DNA of 64,000 nucleotides, taken from Vezdaea acicularis (taxonomy: Eukaryota). This document shows, piece by piece, positions 35,969 to 47,379 of the stretch. Under the pieces are notes generated by a model. That model was not told where the DNA came from. It worked only from the letters and a program-made list of their open reading frames with translations, and ran no database searches. Made by a program: the position numbers and the translations under genes. The DNA is taken from positions 1 to 64,000 of the forward strand of contig JAPEUI010000092.1 in the NCBI GenBank assembly GCA_026025075.1, in the 5' to 3' direction. The number at the start of each line of letters is the position of its first letter. Position 1 is the first letter of the stretch.

Positions 35969-37766
35969 ATGTCGGATGCTGCTAACGCTCCTCTGATCTT
36001 ACACGACTCTGAAGTAGAGGACGATCATGTATCTGAGCATGGCAGCGAAAGGCTCGTGGGAATACAAGAAAGCGAGCTTTTAAGGCCGAGCCTTTTTGTG
36101 TGGGTCTTGACCTTCATTGCCGGGATAAGTGGTGTTCTTTTTGGCTACGAGTGAGCGTGCAACTCTTATGGGTATGTATACATACTAATACTGTGCTGTA
36201 GTACTGGTGTCATCTCCTCAACCCTTGTTTCGATCCATTCTGATCTCTCCGGGCACGAGTTGACAGCATGGAACAAGAGTTTTATCACGTCTTCTACCCC
36301 TCTCTTTGCGCTCATAGCTAGCCCTATAACTGGCATTCTGGCCGACAAGATTGGTAGGAAGAACGTCATCTTGGCTGCCGATGTTCTCTTCATCGGAGCC
36401 GCGTTATGGCAAGCTCTTACAAATAGTCTTTGGGGTATCATAGTTGGCCGAAGCATAGTCGGGCTAGCCATTGGCGCAGCAAGTCTGATTGTTCCACTGT
36501 AGGTTATATTGGAAGACTGATCAATGAAACCTTGGCTGACTGTCACAGGTATATTTCAGAGCTATCTCCAAGCCCTTTCCGAGGCCGACTTGTCACACTC
36601 TCAATACTTCTTGTCACCGTGGGCCAAGTCATTGCTTATATAACGGGATGGCTGCTTTCCACAAAGTCGAATGGATGGCGGTGGATGGTCGGCATTGGGG
36701 GCATACCAGCTGTATTTCAGTTTATGATGATGTTGTTCCTCCCCGAGACACCACGCTACCTTGTAAAGACTGGGAAAGTTGAGAAGGCCCGAAATGTACT
36801 GGATAGGGTTTACGGCAGGGCACAATTATTGCATAACCTTGTCGACGGTGTCCTCCATAGTATTGAGGATGAGATCGAAGAGGAAGTGAAAGCAAAGCGA
36901 CGCCGATCTGTTCGCTCTGCTCCCTCAAAGTACCGGACATCATATGTTGCACGGATTTTCGGAGGAAGATGGACAGAGCTATTCCAGGTCCCAGGTAATC
37001 GGCGTGCTCTCATTATAGCTTGCCTCCTTCAAGGCCTTCAGCAACTATGTGGCTTTGTACGATCCCATCATTACCATCTAGTGAGGATCCTTACTAACAA
37101 TACTTTCGGTAGAATTCGCTCATGTACTTCTCTGCCACTCTTTTCTCCCTCTTAGCTTTCGATAACCCTACTCTCCCAGCCATCTCTATTGCCGTCACAA
37201 ACCTACTCTTCACCATTCTTGCGCTCGTTCTCATTGATAGGATTGGTCGGCGCCGTATCCTCCTTCGTAGCATTCCACTAATGATATTCGGACTTATCCT
37301 ATGCTCTGCAGCGTTCCTGTTCTTCTCCTTGCCTGCTCATCCAGACAATGATGAAGCTTCCAGGATTCCAAACGACGAGGCCGACCCAGATCCCCGGCTA
37401 TGGCCTATGATAATCGTCGCTGCCATGATTGTATATGTCGCTGGATATGCGCTTGGGCTTGGCAACGTACCTTGGCAACAATCAGAATTGTTCCCGCTCT
37501 CAGTGCGGTCTCTCGGCTCGTCGCTGTCTACCGCGACAAACTGGGGCAGCAACTTCATTGTGGGGATGACGTTCTTACCAATGATGGATGCTCTCACGCC
37601 TTCCGTTACTTTTGGGATATATGCTCTGATTTGCGCCTTTGGGTGGTTCGCCGTTCAGCGCATCTACCCTGAGACAAGGCGGCTGAGTCTGGAAGAAGTT
37701 TCTGGGCTGCTCAAGAACGGGTGGGGCGTCAAGGAGAGCTTGTTGAGAGATAGCTCTACAAGATAA
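35969..37766 (+). CDS. Sugar-porter family transporter, myo-inositol transporter-like
   Basis: GVLFGYDTGVIS, ADKIGRK, YISELSP..RGRL, PETPRYL, QQLCGFNSLMYFS, PWQQSELFPLSVR, PET. Introns 36151..36201, 36499..36548, 37057..37112. Confidence 0.92.
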
Positions 37767-37949
37767 TAATGTTATTCTGAAAAACCAAATAACAATAATA
37801 ATTGATTCAGAGCAGTGCCTATACTACCGCCAATGAAGACTAGTAATACAAGCCAATTCAAAACATGTATCCCGCCAACCAATGTCTAAAGGTACTGACA
37901 AGCAGAGGACTTGGAGAGGTCCTGCTTGGTATATGCCCGTTTCAATCAA

Positions 37950-40862
37950 TTACCGCCCTACCTTACTTGAGGCCTTCGAGCTCTTTCCCCAAGCCTCCTC
38001 TGTCTCTCTTAGGAGTTTGTCCCTTTCAAATCTCTGAGCAGCCTCCAGACTCTCCTTGAAATCCATAGTGGAGGCCCGTAGGGGTGTGGCTGCCGCCGTT
38101 GAAGCGTTCTCTGTCTTGGGGAAGTCTACGCAGTCGTGATACAGGTCAGACCATACTTGAGCATTTGTGGGTATCTCGACTTCGCCCGCGTTCTTGCTCT
38201 CTCCCCAGGATTGTTTTAAGGGTTTGCTTCGCCGAAGCTTAGGCTTATCAGAGTCTTCAGATTCCACCGGTTCCTCGTCTTCGGACGGGGCTGGTAAATC
38301 ATATTGAAGACCAATAGGCGGAAGTAATTCTAATTCGGGATATTGCAAGAAACCACCGACTGCAACTGAAGAGCGATGGCCGGTAATAGTCTGCTTGAAG
38401 TCCACGCTATGCGAATAACGAAGTCTGTCGAGTCTCTTCATCACATTCTTGCCAAAATTTAAGCTGCGACTTTTTCTCTTCACTCGAACCTTATCTGAAG
38501 TGTTGCCTGCTGATATCTCAGTTTGAACTGCGAAGTCTCGAGTCACCACAAGGTCTTTTGAACCTGCGCTAGAGGTACGTTCGTTTCGAGTATGGCTAGG
38601 ATACTTGCTCCAAGAGGCTGTCGATATATTAAGGGATATGGTTCGGCCTCTTCCTCTACTCGGTGTTGTGGAAATGCGAGAACACGCGCTAGAGTTGCTG
38701 ATGACCCTCTTCTGAAGTTTAGCTGACCCAGCTGACGTTGGGGCTACCCGATCGTCCCTAAAGAGGTCTTGATTCGATACTTCGATAGTAGAATCTTTCC
38801 TTGTAGGACTGTATTCCTTGGGTGGCATCAAGCTTGACGCTCTCGATGCTCGCCGCCATATGGAAGTAGGAGACTTCAATAGGGGAGAAACTGATCGCTT
38901 TCGTGCTGCTTCTTGGGCGTGATTACGGAGAGCCTTCTCCCAGACTGACGAGCCATTGTCACCTACAGTCTTATCTGGATCAGAATTGGGTTGGAAAGCA
39001 CGCTCTGAGCTTCTTTCAGCAGTATCCCATCCGTTAGTGTCGCCATCTAAACCTGCCATATCATTACCAGATAGTTGTCTAGACTGTATTGAGTCCTCTC
39101 TAGGGAGGCCTTGTTGGAACCTAAGGATTCGCATACGCAGAGAAGCCTTTCCAAGCAGTCCATCTGCCATATTAGCGTCAGTCAACTTCATGTTTTCTAA
39201 ACTAGCAGATCGAAGGTCTTGAACGGGCCTAGTGTCTAATCCATTGTTTATCATCTTCTGAAATCCAATAGGTGATTCGAGCAGTAGACCCATTGGGTAA
39301 TCTCCAAATGACCTCCTCAACAAAACATGGTGAATTATTGGTGTATGGAGTCCAGATGCCTCTGGGCTTGACATAATACTGTTCCTTTGAGAGGAATAAA
39401 TTGACGAAGCGCCACCGCTTACAACACGACCCCAGGTTTGAGGAATTTTAGAGCTTGCAAAGCTAGAATATTGCTGATGATAAGGTCTTGGAAACGTACT
39501 GCTCCAGTCTGATTTCATTCCTCGATGGTCTTTTCCCACTTGCGGAGGTTTTCTCACCTCGCGTGAGGGTTGAGCTGTATCGAGGGTTGGAGACAAAAGA
39601 TGGGGTCGCGATCTCTGGATGTAATTTCTGAAGTGTTTATCATTCTCGACAACAACAGTACCTGCGCTCAAGCTCCTTGCCCCTTCGAGGCTGTGATCTG
39701 GGGCTAAGGGAGTCGATGTATCATTGTATTTGGAGAAAAACAGATCAGAACGCGCATTATCGTTTAGAGCTCTGTTGAATTCGACTAAAGGGACGCCTCG
39801 AAGCCAACGGCTGGGTGATAATACTGATTCAAGAGCCTCTGAACTACCGTCTCTTGCGGAGAAATGAGGTGGGAAATGAGGATGTCTGTCGCCCGGGATG
39901 GATAGCATTTGCAGCTCTTTAGAGATAGAGGGAGTAATACTGGGCAATCTCAGGGGCTCTAATACTGGGGGGCGTGGAACTTCATCTTGCCACTCTCCAA
40001 GGTACATGCCCTCATTTGCAGCAACAGGAAACAATGTTGGAAGCTGTCCCATTGAAGCCCTGAGGTGGTGAGCTTCTGCACTGTTCTTGAAATGCGAGTA
40101 TTGTTGAACTGGCTGATCCCTATCTATTATCTCTTCTTCCTCTAGACTACTTGAGTGTTGTGCCAAGGGTTCAACTCTCGAATGATTGATCCCACACTGC
40201 GCTTGCAAAGATTGTGCTAACGAACGTGTACTATCTTTTTCGGAGTCTTCATCACCGTGCCTTTGCTTGCGTTGAAGGTTCGTCAGTGCAGAGGCGAGCT
40301 CGCCCGGAACGATGTGCGCAGACAGAGCCTGTCTGCTGCGATAGGTGCTTGCAGGTCTTGGAGTTGAGATAGGTCTTGCGTCTTCGTCGTATCCCATAAG
40401 GCCGTCATTCAGGAGCTGTTCGTAAGTAGTCCGACTATGTAGTTCTTTAAGTTCCGTTTCTCTATCACTTTGGAAGCGACCTAGCTTTGAAGACTCGGAT
40501 CTCGAGAGGAGCTTCAGTCGCGGCGACTTTTCCAATATCTTCTTACTTAACCTTCTAAGACCCTGAATTGGAGCTTCGCCTGCAATTCTGCTTGTGACCT
40601 GGAGGTCTTCAAGGGCTCGGCTGTGCTCCTTAGGACGCTTAGCAGCCGAAAGGGCATAACCTGCATTTTGTAAGGACTCGCCGAAGATATGTTTTAATGC
40701 ATGTGTGGCTTCAGGTTCTTGCTGGTGACGAGATACAGGGGAGTCATCTGGCTGTGGTACTTGTGTAAGACGATTCCGGGCAATGGGAGAAGGGAACTCA
40801 GCATGCTCGCCGTCATCATTTCGAACGGATGCATACTGGCTCATACAGCAGAAATAAGACAT
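37950..40862 (-). CDS. Uncharacterised, largely disordered Ser/Arg-rich protein (970 aa)
   Basis: Single long ORF. Short motif-like segments in the C-terminal third (SWSKYPSHTRNERT, RSSVAVGGFLQYPELELLP, VWSDLYHDCV). Confidence 0.8.
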   Translation of the reverse strand: MSYFCCMSQYASVRNDDGEHAEFPSPIARNRLTQVPQPDDSPVSRHQQEPEATHALKHIFGESLQNAGYALSAAKRPKEHSRALEDLQVTSRIAGEAPIQGLRRLSKKILEKSPRLKLLSRSESSKLGRFQSDRETELKELHSRTTYEQLLNDGLMGYDEDARPISTPRPASTYRSRQALSAHIVPGELASALTNLQRKQRHGDEDSEKDSTRSLAQSLQAQCGINHSRVEPLAQHSSSLEEEEIIDRDQPVQQYSHFKNSAEAHHLRASMGQLPTLFPVAANEGMYLGEWQDEVPRPPVLEPLRLPSITPSISKELQMLSIPGDRHPHFPPHFSARDGSSEALESVLSPSRWLRGVPLVEFNRALNDNARSDLFFSKYNDTSTPLAPDHSLEGARSLSAGTVVVENDKHFRNYIQRSRPHLLSPTLDTAQPSREVRKPPQVGKDHRGMKSDWSSTFPRPYHQQYSSFASSKIPQTWGRVVSGGASSIYSSQRNSIMSSPEASGLHTPIIHHVLLRRSFGDYPMGLLLESPIGFQKMINNGLDTRPVQDLRSASLENMKLTDANMADGLLGKASLRMRILRFQQGLPREDSIQSRQLSGNDMAGLDGDTNGWDTAERSSERAFQPNSDPDKTVGDNGSSVWEKALRNHAQEAARKRSVSPLLKSPTSIWRRASRASSLMPPKEYSPTRKDSTIEVSNQDLFRDDRVAPTSAGSAKLQKRVISNSSACSRISTTPSRGRGRTISLNISTASWSKYPSHTRNERTSSAGSKDLVVTRDFAVQTEISAGNTSDKVRVKRKSRSLNFGKNVMKRLDRLRYSHSVDFKQTITGHRSSVAVGGFLQYPELELLPPIGLQYDLPAPSEDEEPVESEDSDKPKLRRSKPLKQSWGESKNAGEVEIPTNAQVWSDLYHDCVDFPKTENASTAAATPLRASTMDFKESLEAAQRFERDKLLRETEEAWGKSSKASSKVGR

Positions 40863-41587
40863 CGCTCATGATTATGAGAGACTGAACGATATACCAAAAT
40901 AGGACAGCAAAAAAGCAATGCCGAGCTCTGAAGTACTGGAAGCAAAGTCGATGTGAGAAAGTCAAAAGCTCGAGAACAAAGACAAGTTGGCCAAAATTGA
41001 CATTGGCTACCTCGAGTAGGAAGTGTGACTTTCCCATAATGGAAGACACCTCATATGACTCCATACCTTCCTATGTTGAAATTGAGGTAGGAGATTACAA
41101 GAACCTGACATCCTAATTGGGGGTCAAGCGTGCGCGAGAATAGACCACCCGAAGAGCTACGTGGTCTTGATTGCATGAACATAGAGCGCGATGACGTTCG
41201 CGAGTTCAATGTGTACGCGAGTCAACTGTACATTTATTCCCAGCCCACTGTGAAGCTTTCAATTGAGAAGTGGTCCAAGTGAAAACCCCGGTTAGGTGAA
41301 GACCTGCCGAAGCTCCGAGAACGGAATTGCCCCACCAACCGATTTTGAAATGCTTTCGAGCGTTTCAACGACTTGAAACTTTGCCACCAAACCCTCATCA
41401 ACATTCAAGTCGAAATCGAGGATTAGATCGAATTAGTAGTGAACTAGAGAAGCATAGCAGTGATATATTCTCTCATTCTTTTCTCAACGGCTGCTATATT
41501 TGTAGCGCCTTCAAATTTCAAAGTGTATAAGACTACGGCATTGTGCGATTTTCACCTACCATCACAAGTCTCTTACGAACGAGCACC

Positions 41588-44149
41588 ATGGTTCAATCGT
41601 AAGTCAATGCTTGCTCTATGCTGGTGCGAAGTGTGAACGCAAATGGCTTACAATATTCCAGTTCTGTTTTGGGGTTTCCCCGCATGGGGGTCAACCGTGA
41701 CTTGAAAAAGGCGACTGAAGCATATTGGGCGGGAAAGCTCTCTCAGGAAGCACTCCTTGCTGAGGGGAAGAGGCTCCGTCTGGAGCACTGGAATATTCAG
41801 AAGAAAGCTGGTGTAGACATTATCCCAAGCAATGACTTCTCCTTCTATGATCAAGTGTTAGATCATATACAGCTGTTCGGGGTAAGAATGATGGCGGGCA
41901 GCTACCATGGATATATCTCAACGCTTACCATGGTTTATTTTAGGCTATACCAGAGAGATACTCCACACATAAGCTTACCCTCATCGATGAGTTCTTCGCC
42001 ATGGGCCGCGGTTTGCAAAAGCCTCAGGAAGGAATCGATGTCTCAGCTTTGGTCAGTCAGCATCAATTCGCCTCTACGATTCTTCTAAGACGCCTACTAA
42101 TTCCATTCGCATTATAGGAAATGGTGAAATGGTTTGACTCTAACTACCATTACGTTCGACCCACTCTTCAAGATGGACAGACCTTCACCCTTCATGTAAA
42201 TCCAAAGCCGGTTGTAGAGTTTCTCGAGGCCAAAGCCGCAGGTATTACGACCAGGCCTGTGCTTGTTGGGCCAGTTTCGTTCTTGACCCTTGCCAAGCCA
42301 GACAGAGGCCAGACGATTGACCCTATCACCTTATTGGAAAAGCTCTTACCTATCTATGAAGAGCTACTAGTCAAGTTGAAGGATGCTGGGGCCGAAACTG
42401 TACAGATTGACGAGCCCGTCCTTGTATTCGATTTGCCCGAGAAGTCAAAGACCGCTTTCAAACCGGTATATGAGAAGCTATCCGCCCTAGGTGGCAAGAT
42501 CCCGAAGATAGTATTGGCCACATACTTTGGGGACATCGTCCATAATCTCGACGCCTTACAATCCCTCACCTCACTTTATGCCATACATATCGACGTTGTT
42601 CGGAACCCAGAACAGCTTGAGACTGTTATTGGTGCGCTCGGGCCCCACCAAACCCTGTCACTAGGCGTTGTTGATGGTCGAAATATATGGAAAACGAACA
42701 TGCAGAAGGCGATCGCGCTGGTAGAAGACGCAATTCAAAAACTTGGAAAAGATCGCGTCATCGTCGCAACCTCTAGCAGTCTTCTGCACACTCCTCACAC
42801 ACTTGCCAGTGAGAAGCAACTTGATGCCGAAATCCGGGACTGGTTCTCTTTTGCTGTCGAGAAAACAGAGGAGCTAGCCGTGATCGCCAAGGCTGTCAGT
42901 GAAGGCCCAATCTCAGTCAAAGAGCAACTCGATGTCAATGCAAAGTCTGTTAAGGCTCGCGCTAGTTCGAAGTTTACCAACGATTCGGCGGTCAAGGAGC
43001 GACAATCAAAAGTCACTGAAGAGATGTATAATCGACAATCCAAATTCACTACGAGAATTGCTCAGCAGGCTAAGCATCTCAAACTGCCCTTATTTCCTAC
43101 TACTACAATTGGATCTTTCCCCCAGACAAAGGACATTCGAATTCAAAGAAACAAGTTTACGAAAGGTGAGATTACCCCTGAACAATACGAAAAGTTCATC
43201 GAAAAAGAAATCCAAGATGTGGTTAAAATTCAAGACGAGCTTGACTTGGATGTTTATGTCCATGGCGAGCCCGAGCGAAACGACATGGTACAATATTTCG
43301 GCGAGAGACTCAAGGGCTATGTATTCACCACCCATGCATGGGTCCAAAGCTATGGGTCTCGCTGTGTTCGCCCTCCAATTATTGTTGGAGACATATCCCG
43401 TCCGGCTCCGATGACTGTGAAGGAGTCCAAATACGCTGCGTCGATCTCAAAGAAGCCGATGAAGGGGATGCTCACTGGCCCCATTACTTGCCTTCGTTGG
43501 TCTTTCACTCGCGATGACGTTCATCAGTCTGTACAAGCAGAACAATTGGCTTTGGCGCTACGCGACGAAGTCGTTGATCTTGAGGCTGCAGGCATCTACG
43601 TTATCCAAGTCGATGAGCCAGCTCTTCGGGAAGGGCTTCCTCTTCGTGCTGGGAAGGAGCGGGATGCGTATTTGAAATGGGCAGTGCAGTCTTTCCGTCT
43701 CTCAACTGCCGGTGTAAAGGACTCGACCCAAATCCACTCTCACTTCTGCTATTCCGAATTCCAGGACTTTTTCTATGCAATCGCGGCCTTGGACGCTGAC
43801 GTCCTGTCGATTGAGAACAGCAAAAGTGACGCTAAGTTGCTCAAAGTCTTCGTTGATGAAGCTTATCCGCGCCATATCGGTCCTGGTGTATATGATGTCC
43901 ACTCGCCTCGTGTTCCGAGCGAGCAAGAGATCAAAGATCGCATCGCCGAGATGCTTCAGTAAGCAATTGAGTTCTTGAATTCGTTGATCGCAAGCTGACT
44001 ATATGTGAAGATATCTTAAGCCAGAACAGCTGTGGATTGATCCGGACTGTGGTCTTAAAACTCGTCAATGGGCGGAAACGAAACAGGCTCTCACTAACAT
44101 GGTGAACGCTGCTAAGTTCTATAGAGCGAAATACCCGAAAACGGCCTAA
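41588..44149 (+). CDS. MET6: Cobalamin-independent methionine synthase
   Basis: [46 protein letters not shown], zinc ligands HFCYSE and PDCGLKTR. Introns 41599..41661, 41882..41943, 42052..42117, 43959..44010. Confidence 0.98.
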
Positions 44150-44553
44150 GCTATTGAGCAGAGATTGCACTCTGCATTTTCATGGATTGGTCACAACTAT
44201 TCAACAACATGATTTCATTGAGTTTTGGTACGAACGCATTTCTAAAAGTGAGCGCTGAACGATTTCAACATCGGCGTTGCAGGGACTTCAAGATTTACAT
44301 GTGGCCTAGGATTGGGATTTCTTCCAAAGCAGCTTCATCCGCTGAGAGATGTTCTGCTTCGTTCAACAATGAGGTGCATTATTTGCGATATGTGAACGGT
44401 CCCATGCTCAACCGGGTGCCATCATTCTAGATGCTAGGAAAATGGTTTAGATCTGCTTCATACATGCGAGATCGCTATTCAGTTGCTCAATACACGTGCG
44501 CCTAAAATATGCTATGAACTAATCATTAGCCTATTCTTGACGCGATGTAATGC

Positions 44554-45873
44554 TTAAAAGTGATGTCTTTCTTCTAGAGTCCATATCCTGACCTCGCCAT
44601 CATCGCCTGTACTAATGATTATTTCTTCGCCGTCCCTTTCCCGCCCCTTGTCCCACCTTGATGCCCAACAAACATGGTTGACCTCGAAAACGCCATGCGC
44701 CCCTTCAAATTCCGCTAGGATAATCCACTCTGTCTCGGTATGGTTGGAAGACTCCCGCCGACCATCCTCCGTTCCCGTCTCCGCTTCCGTCTCCGTCTCA
44801 GTCATAATCGTATCGCTATCCTGCTCGGCCGCTTTGGTATGCCATTGTTCCTCAAATACTACTATCCTTCCATCTCCACCCGAGGCTACTATTCTACCAC
44901 TCTTCTTACTCCATGCCACACTATACACCTCTCGTTCAAACTTTTTTGGCAGGAGCGCCTCACATATCCATTCTTCCTCTGCTGAGCTCGTTCGAAGTAT
45001 CGACGGAATACGTGTTTTCGCTGTGGACGGCTCTAGTCCTTCCTTAAAAACCCTCCTCCATATTCGTATGGTACTGTCTGCTGATGCTGAAGCTATCCGA
45101 GGCCCAGATCTCCGTCGTCGCTCTTGGTGCGCTAGTTGCTTCTCTGAAAGCTCCTTGGACTCGTTCAATGCCGGAGTTAGCGGCTCAAAGTCTATTGCCC
45201 ATACCGTTGATTCGTGACCCTTCATCACCGATACACATGTCCAGTCCTCCATATCTTCCTTATAGAGTCGTACGGTATCATCGTAACTGCTCGAGGCTAG
45301 CAATTCCTCCTCCGGATGCCAACATACACATTTCACGTCGGCTTCATGATCTTGCAGCACTGCGATCGTCTCGAAGTCATCGACGTCAATTTCCTCCCAT
45401 ATCCATACGCTCTTATCCCGGGAGCAGGTTGCCAGATACTGCCCCCCAGCGCTCCATGAAACAGACTTGATCTCAGATTCATGCCCATCTAATACCACAG
45501 CGAAGCGCCACTCGTCGTCATCTTCGTGATTCTCCCCGTGGTCAAATCCCTGCCCATCCTCATTGCCCGAATCACGTATAACTCCTGACTGATTATCATC
45601 ATATCTCCTCCAAATGCCAGCGCTCGCATCGAAACTTCCCGTCGCAAGTACGGACTCCCCTTTGGTATTTGGCTTCCATGCACATGATCGTATGGAGCGC
45701 TTGTGGCCTCCCTCAACTGTCGAATGGAGTTTGAAGTTTTGGAGGCTATAGATGCGCACTTGGCGGTCTGAGGAGCATGTTGCAATGAGGGGCAATGTGG
45801 GGTGAGGGGCCGAGAGCCAAGCGCGGGACAGGGACGCGGGGGTCAGCGTTGAGAGTGGTTTGAGTTCGACCAT
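44554..45873 (-). CDS. CIA1: Cytosolic iron-sulfur protein assembly WD40 protein Cia1
   Basis: GGHKRSIRSCAW, ATGSFDAS, LDGHESEIKSVSWS, LATCSRDKSVWIWE, HEADVKCVCWHP, SSSYDDTVRLY; intronless 439 aa. Confidence 0.94.
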   Translation of the reverse strand: MVELKPLSTLTPASLSRAWLSAPHPTLPLIATCSSDRQVRIYSLQNFKLHSTVEGGHKRSIRSCAWKPNTKGESVLATGSFDASAGIWRRYDDNQSGVIRDSGNEDGQGFDHGENHEDDDEWRFAVVLDGHESEIKSVSWSAGGQYLATCSRDKSVWIWEEIDVDDFETIAVLQDHEADVKCVCWHPEEELLASSSYDDTVRLYKEDMEDWTCVSVMKGHESTVWAIDFEPLTPALNESKELSEKQLAHQERRRRSGPRIASASADSTIRIWRRVFKEGLEPSTAKTRIPSILRTSSAEEEWICEALLPKKFEREVYSVAWSKKSGRIVASGGDGRIVVFEEQWHTKAAEQDSDTIMTETETEAETGTEDGRRESSNHTETEWIILAEFEGAHGVFEVNHVCWASRWDKGRERDGEEIIISTGDDGEVRIWTLEERHHF

Positions 45874-46399
45874 GATATAGGGTCGTGGAATCTATCAGGC
45901 TTTGTGGAAGATTACTGAGCCTTCGTGTGAAATATTCACGAGAAGAGATATGGAGGGAGACCGCATTGCTAGTATTTGAGGCACAGGTTGTGCCTGTCCC
46001 ATGGATGTCATCGGTAGTTCGCGCGGCGCGTCAATCCCGACGCTAGCGTAGATATATCGTGGGGTAGAAAGCATTCATTCTCTCTAGGTGCTCAGACAAT
46101 TTCCTGCGTTTCATTCTACACAAATTTAAAAAGCAGAATTGGTGGCAACCCATCTCCTGGGTTGGTGTAGACTTTCTCTGCTCCCCTCGGCGCGGAACTT
46201 TGACGCGAGTCAAAAGCCCCGAGCAACATTTTGCCTACGCTTCTCTTAAACCGTAGCATCTTGAGAACTGCATAAGGGGATTCAATTACTTATCCAAATA
46301 TCTGTCTGCAGATCTGCGGCTTGCACTTCTTCTCATACTCTCTCCCTCGTGCTTCACAGCTTCTATAGCCATAGGAGAATACTTCGCATTCATGACATC

Positions 46400-47379
46400 A
46401 TGGTTCTTGTAGAGAAATGGATGCCGCCCTCAAGGGAAAATTGGGAATTGATAATGTGGTCGTGGCAATTCTTCCCTCTCGTAAGGCGCTACATTTACAC
46501 TATGAGTCTGTTCAAAGATATCTGTATACTGACGACGCCTCATAGCTGACAGCTGCACAATGGATTACGGACTATCAGCCAATGGGCAAGAGTTCGATTG
46601 TATCTAGGTTCAATTTACCAGGCAAATTCGCTTGGTTCACAATGGAGGTTCCATCTTTGCTTGTGATCTCCTACATTATGTACACTTTGCCTGAGGAACT
46701 TGGTCTTTCAAGCTTGCCAAACGAAAATTGGCTAATGGCCTCTCTATATGTTCGAAACGTCCTAAGCTATACTGATTGCTTCTTGCTGATATTAGTCTAG
46801 GTGATCCACTACATCTACCGAGCAGTCCTCGCTCCTCTCATACTAAACCCAACAATGTCGCCGATCCATGCTTTCCCTTGGGTCTCTGCCATCTTCTGGC
46901 AGGTCATGAATGCTATCTCATTAGGCGGTTGGCTTGCAGGCTATGGTCCTGTCACTAAAGCCGAATGGCACGGCCATTATGCCTGGATACAGATCGGGCT
47001 TGTGATTTGGACTCTGGGTTTCGCGTCCAACATTTGGCACGACGACGAACTCCGCGAGATCCGGCGCGCCGCTCTTCGGGCACAGAAGCGCGAGGCCGAG
47101 AAGACAGGTGAACCAATCAAAGGGGTCGAGAAAGTCTACCAAATGCCTGAAAATGGCCTCTTTAAGATTATCCTCTTCCCTCACTATTTCTCAGAGTGGA
47201 TCGAGTGGGCCGGTTATTGGATGATCGGTGGGGGTGCTTGTGTGCCTGCGAGATCGTTCATGTTAAACGACATCTCTACCATGCTGCCTCGGGCCGTCCA
47301 TGGAAAAAAGTGGTACATCAACAAGTTCGGGAAGGAGAAAGTCGGAAGCAGGAAAGCTGTCGTACCAGGCATCATCTGA
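46400..47379 (+). CDS. 3-oxo-5-alpha-steroid 4-dehydrogenase (steroid 5-alpha-reductase family)
   Basis: AWFTMEVP, IHYIYRA, NIWHDDELREIR, YQMPENGLF..ILFPHYFSEWIEW, MLPRAVHGKKWY, RKAVVPGII. Introns 46481..46545, 46750..46800. Confidence 0.92.

Noticed and set aside
41588..47379. MET6-CIA1-steroid reductase as a functional gene cluster
   Set aside because: Unrelated housekeeping pathways in mixed orientation; no shared motif or backbone enzyme.
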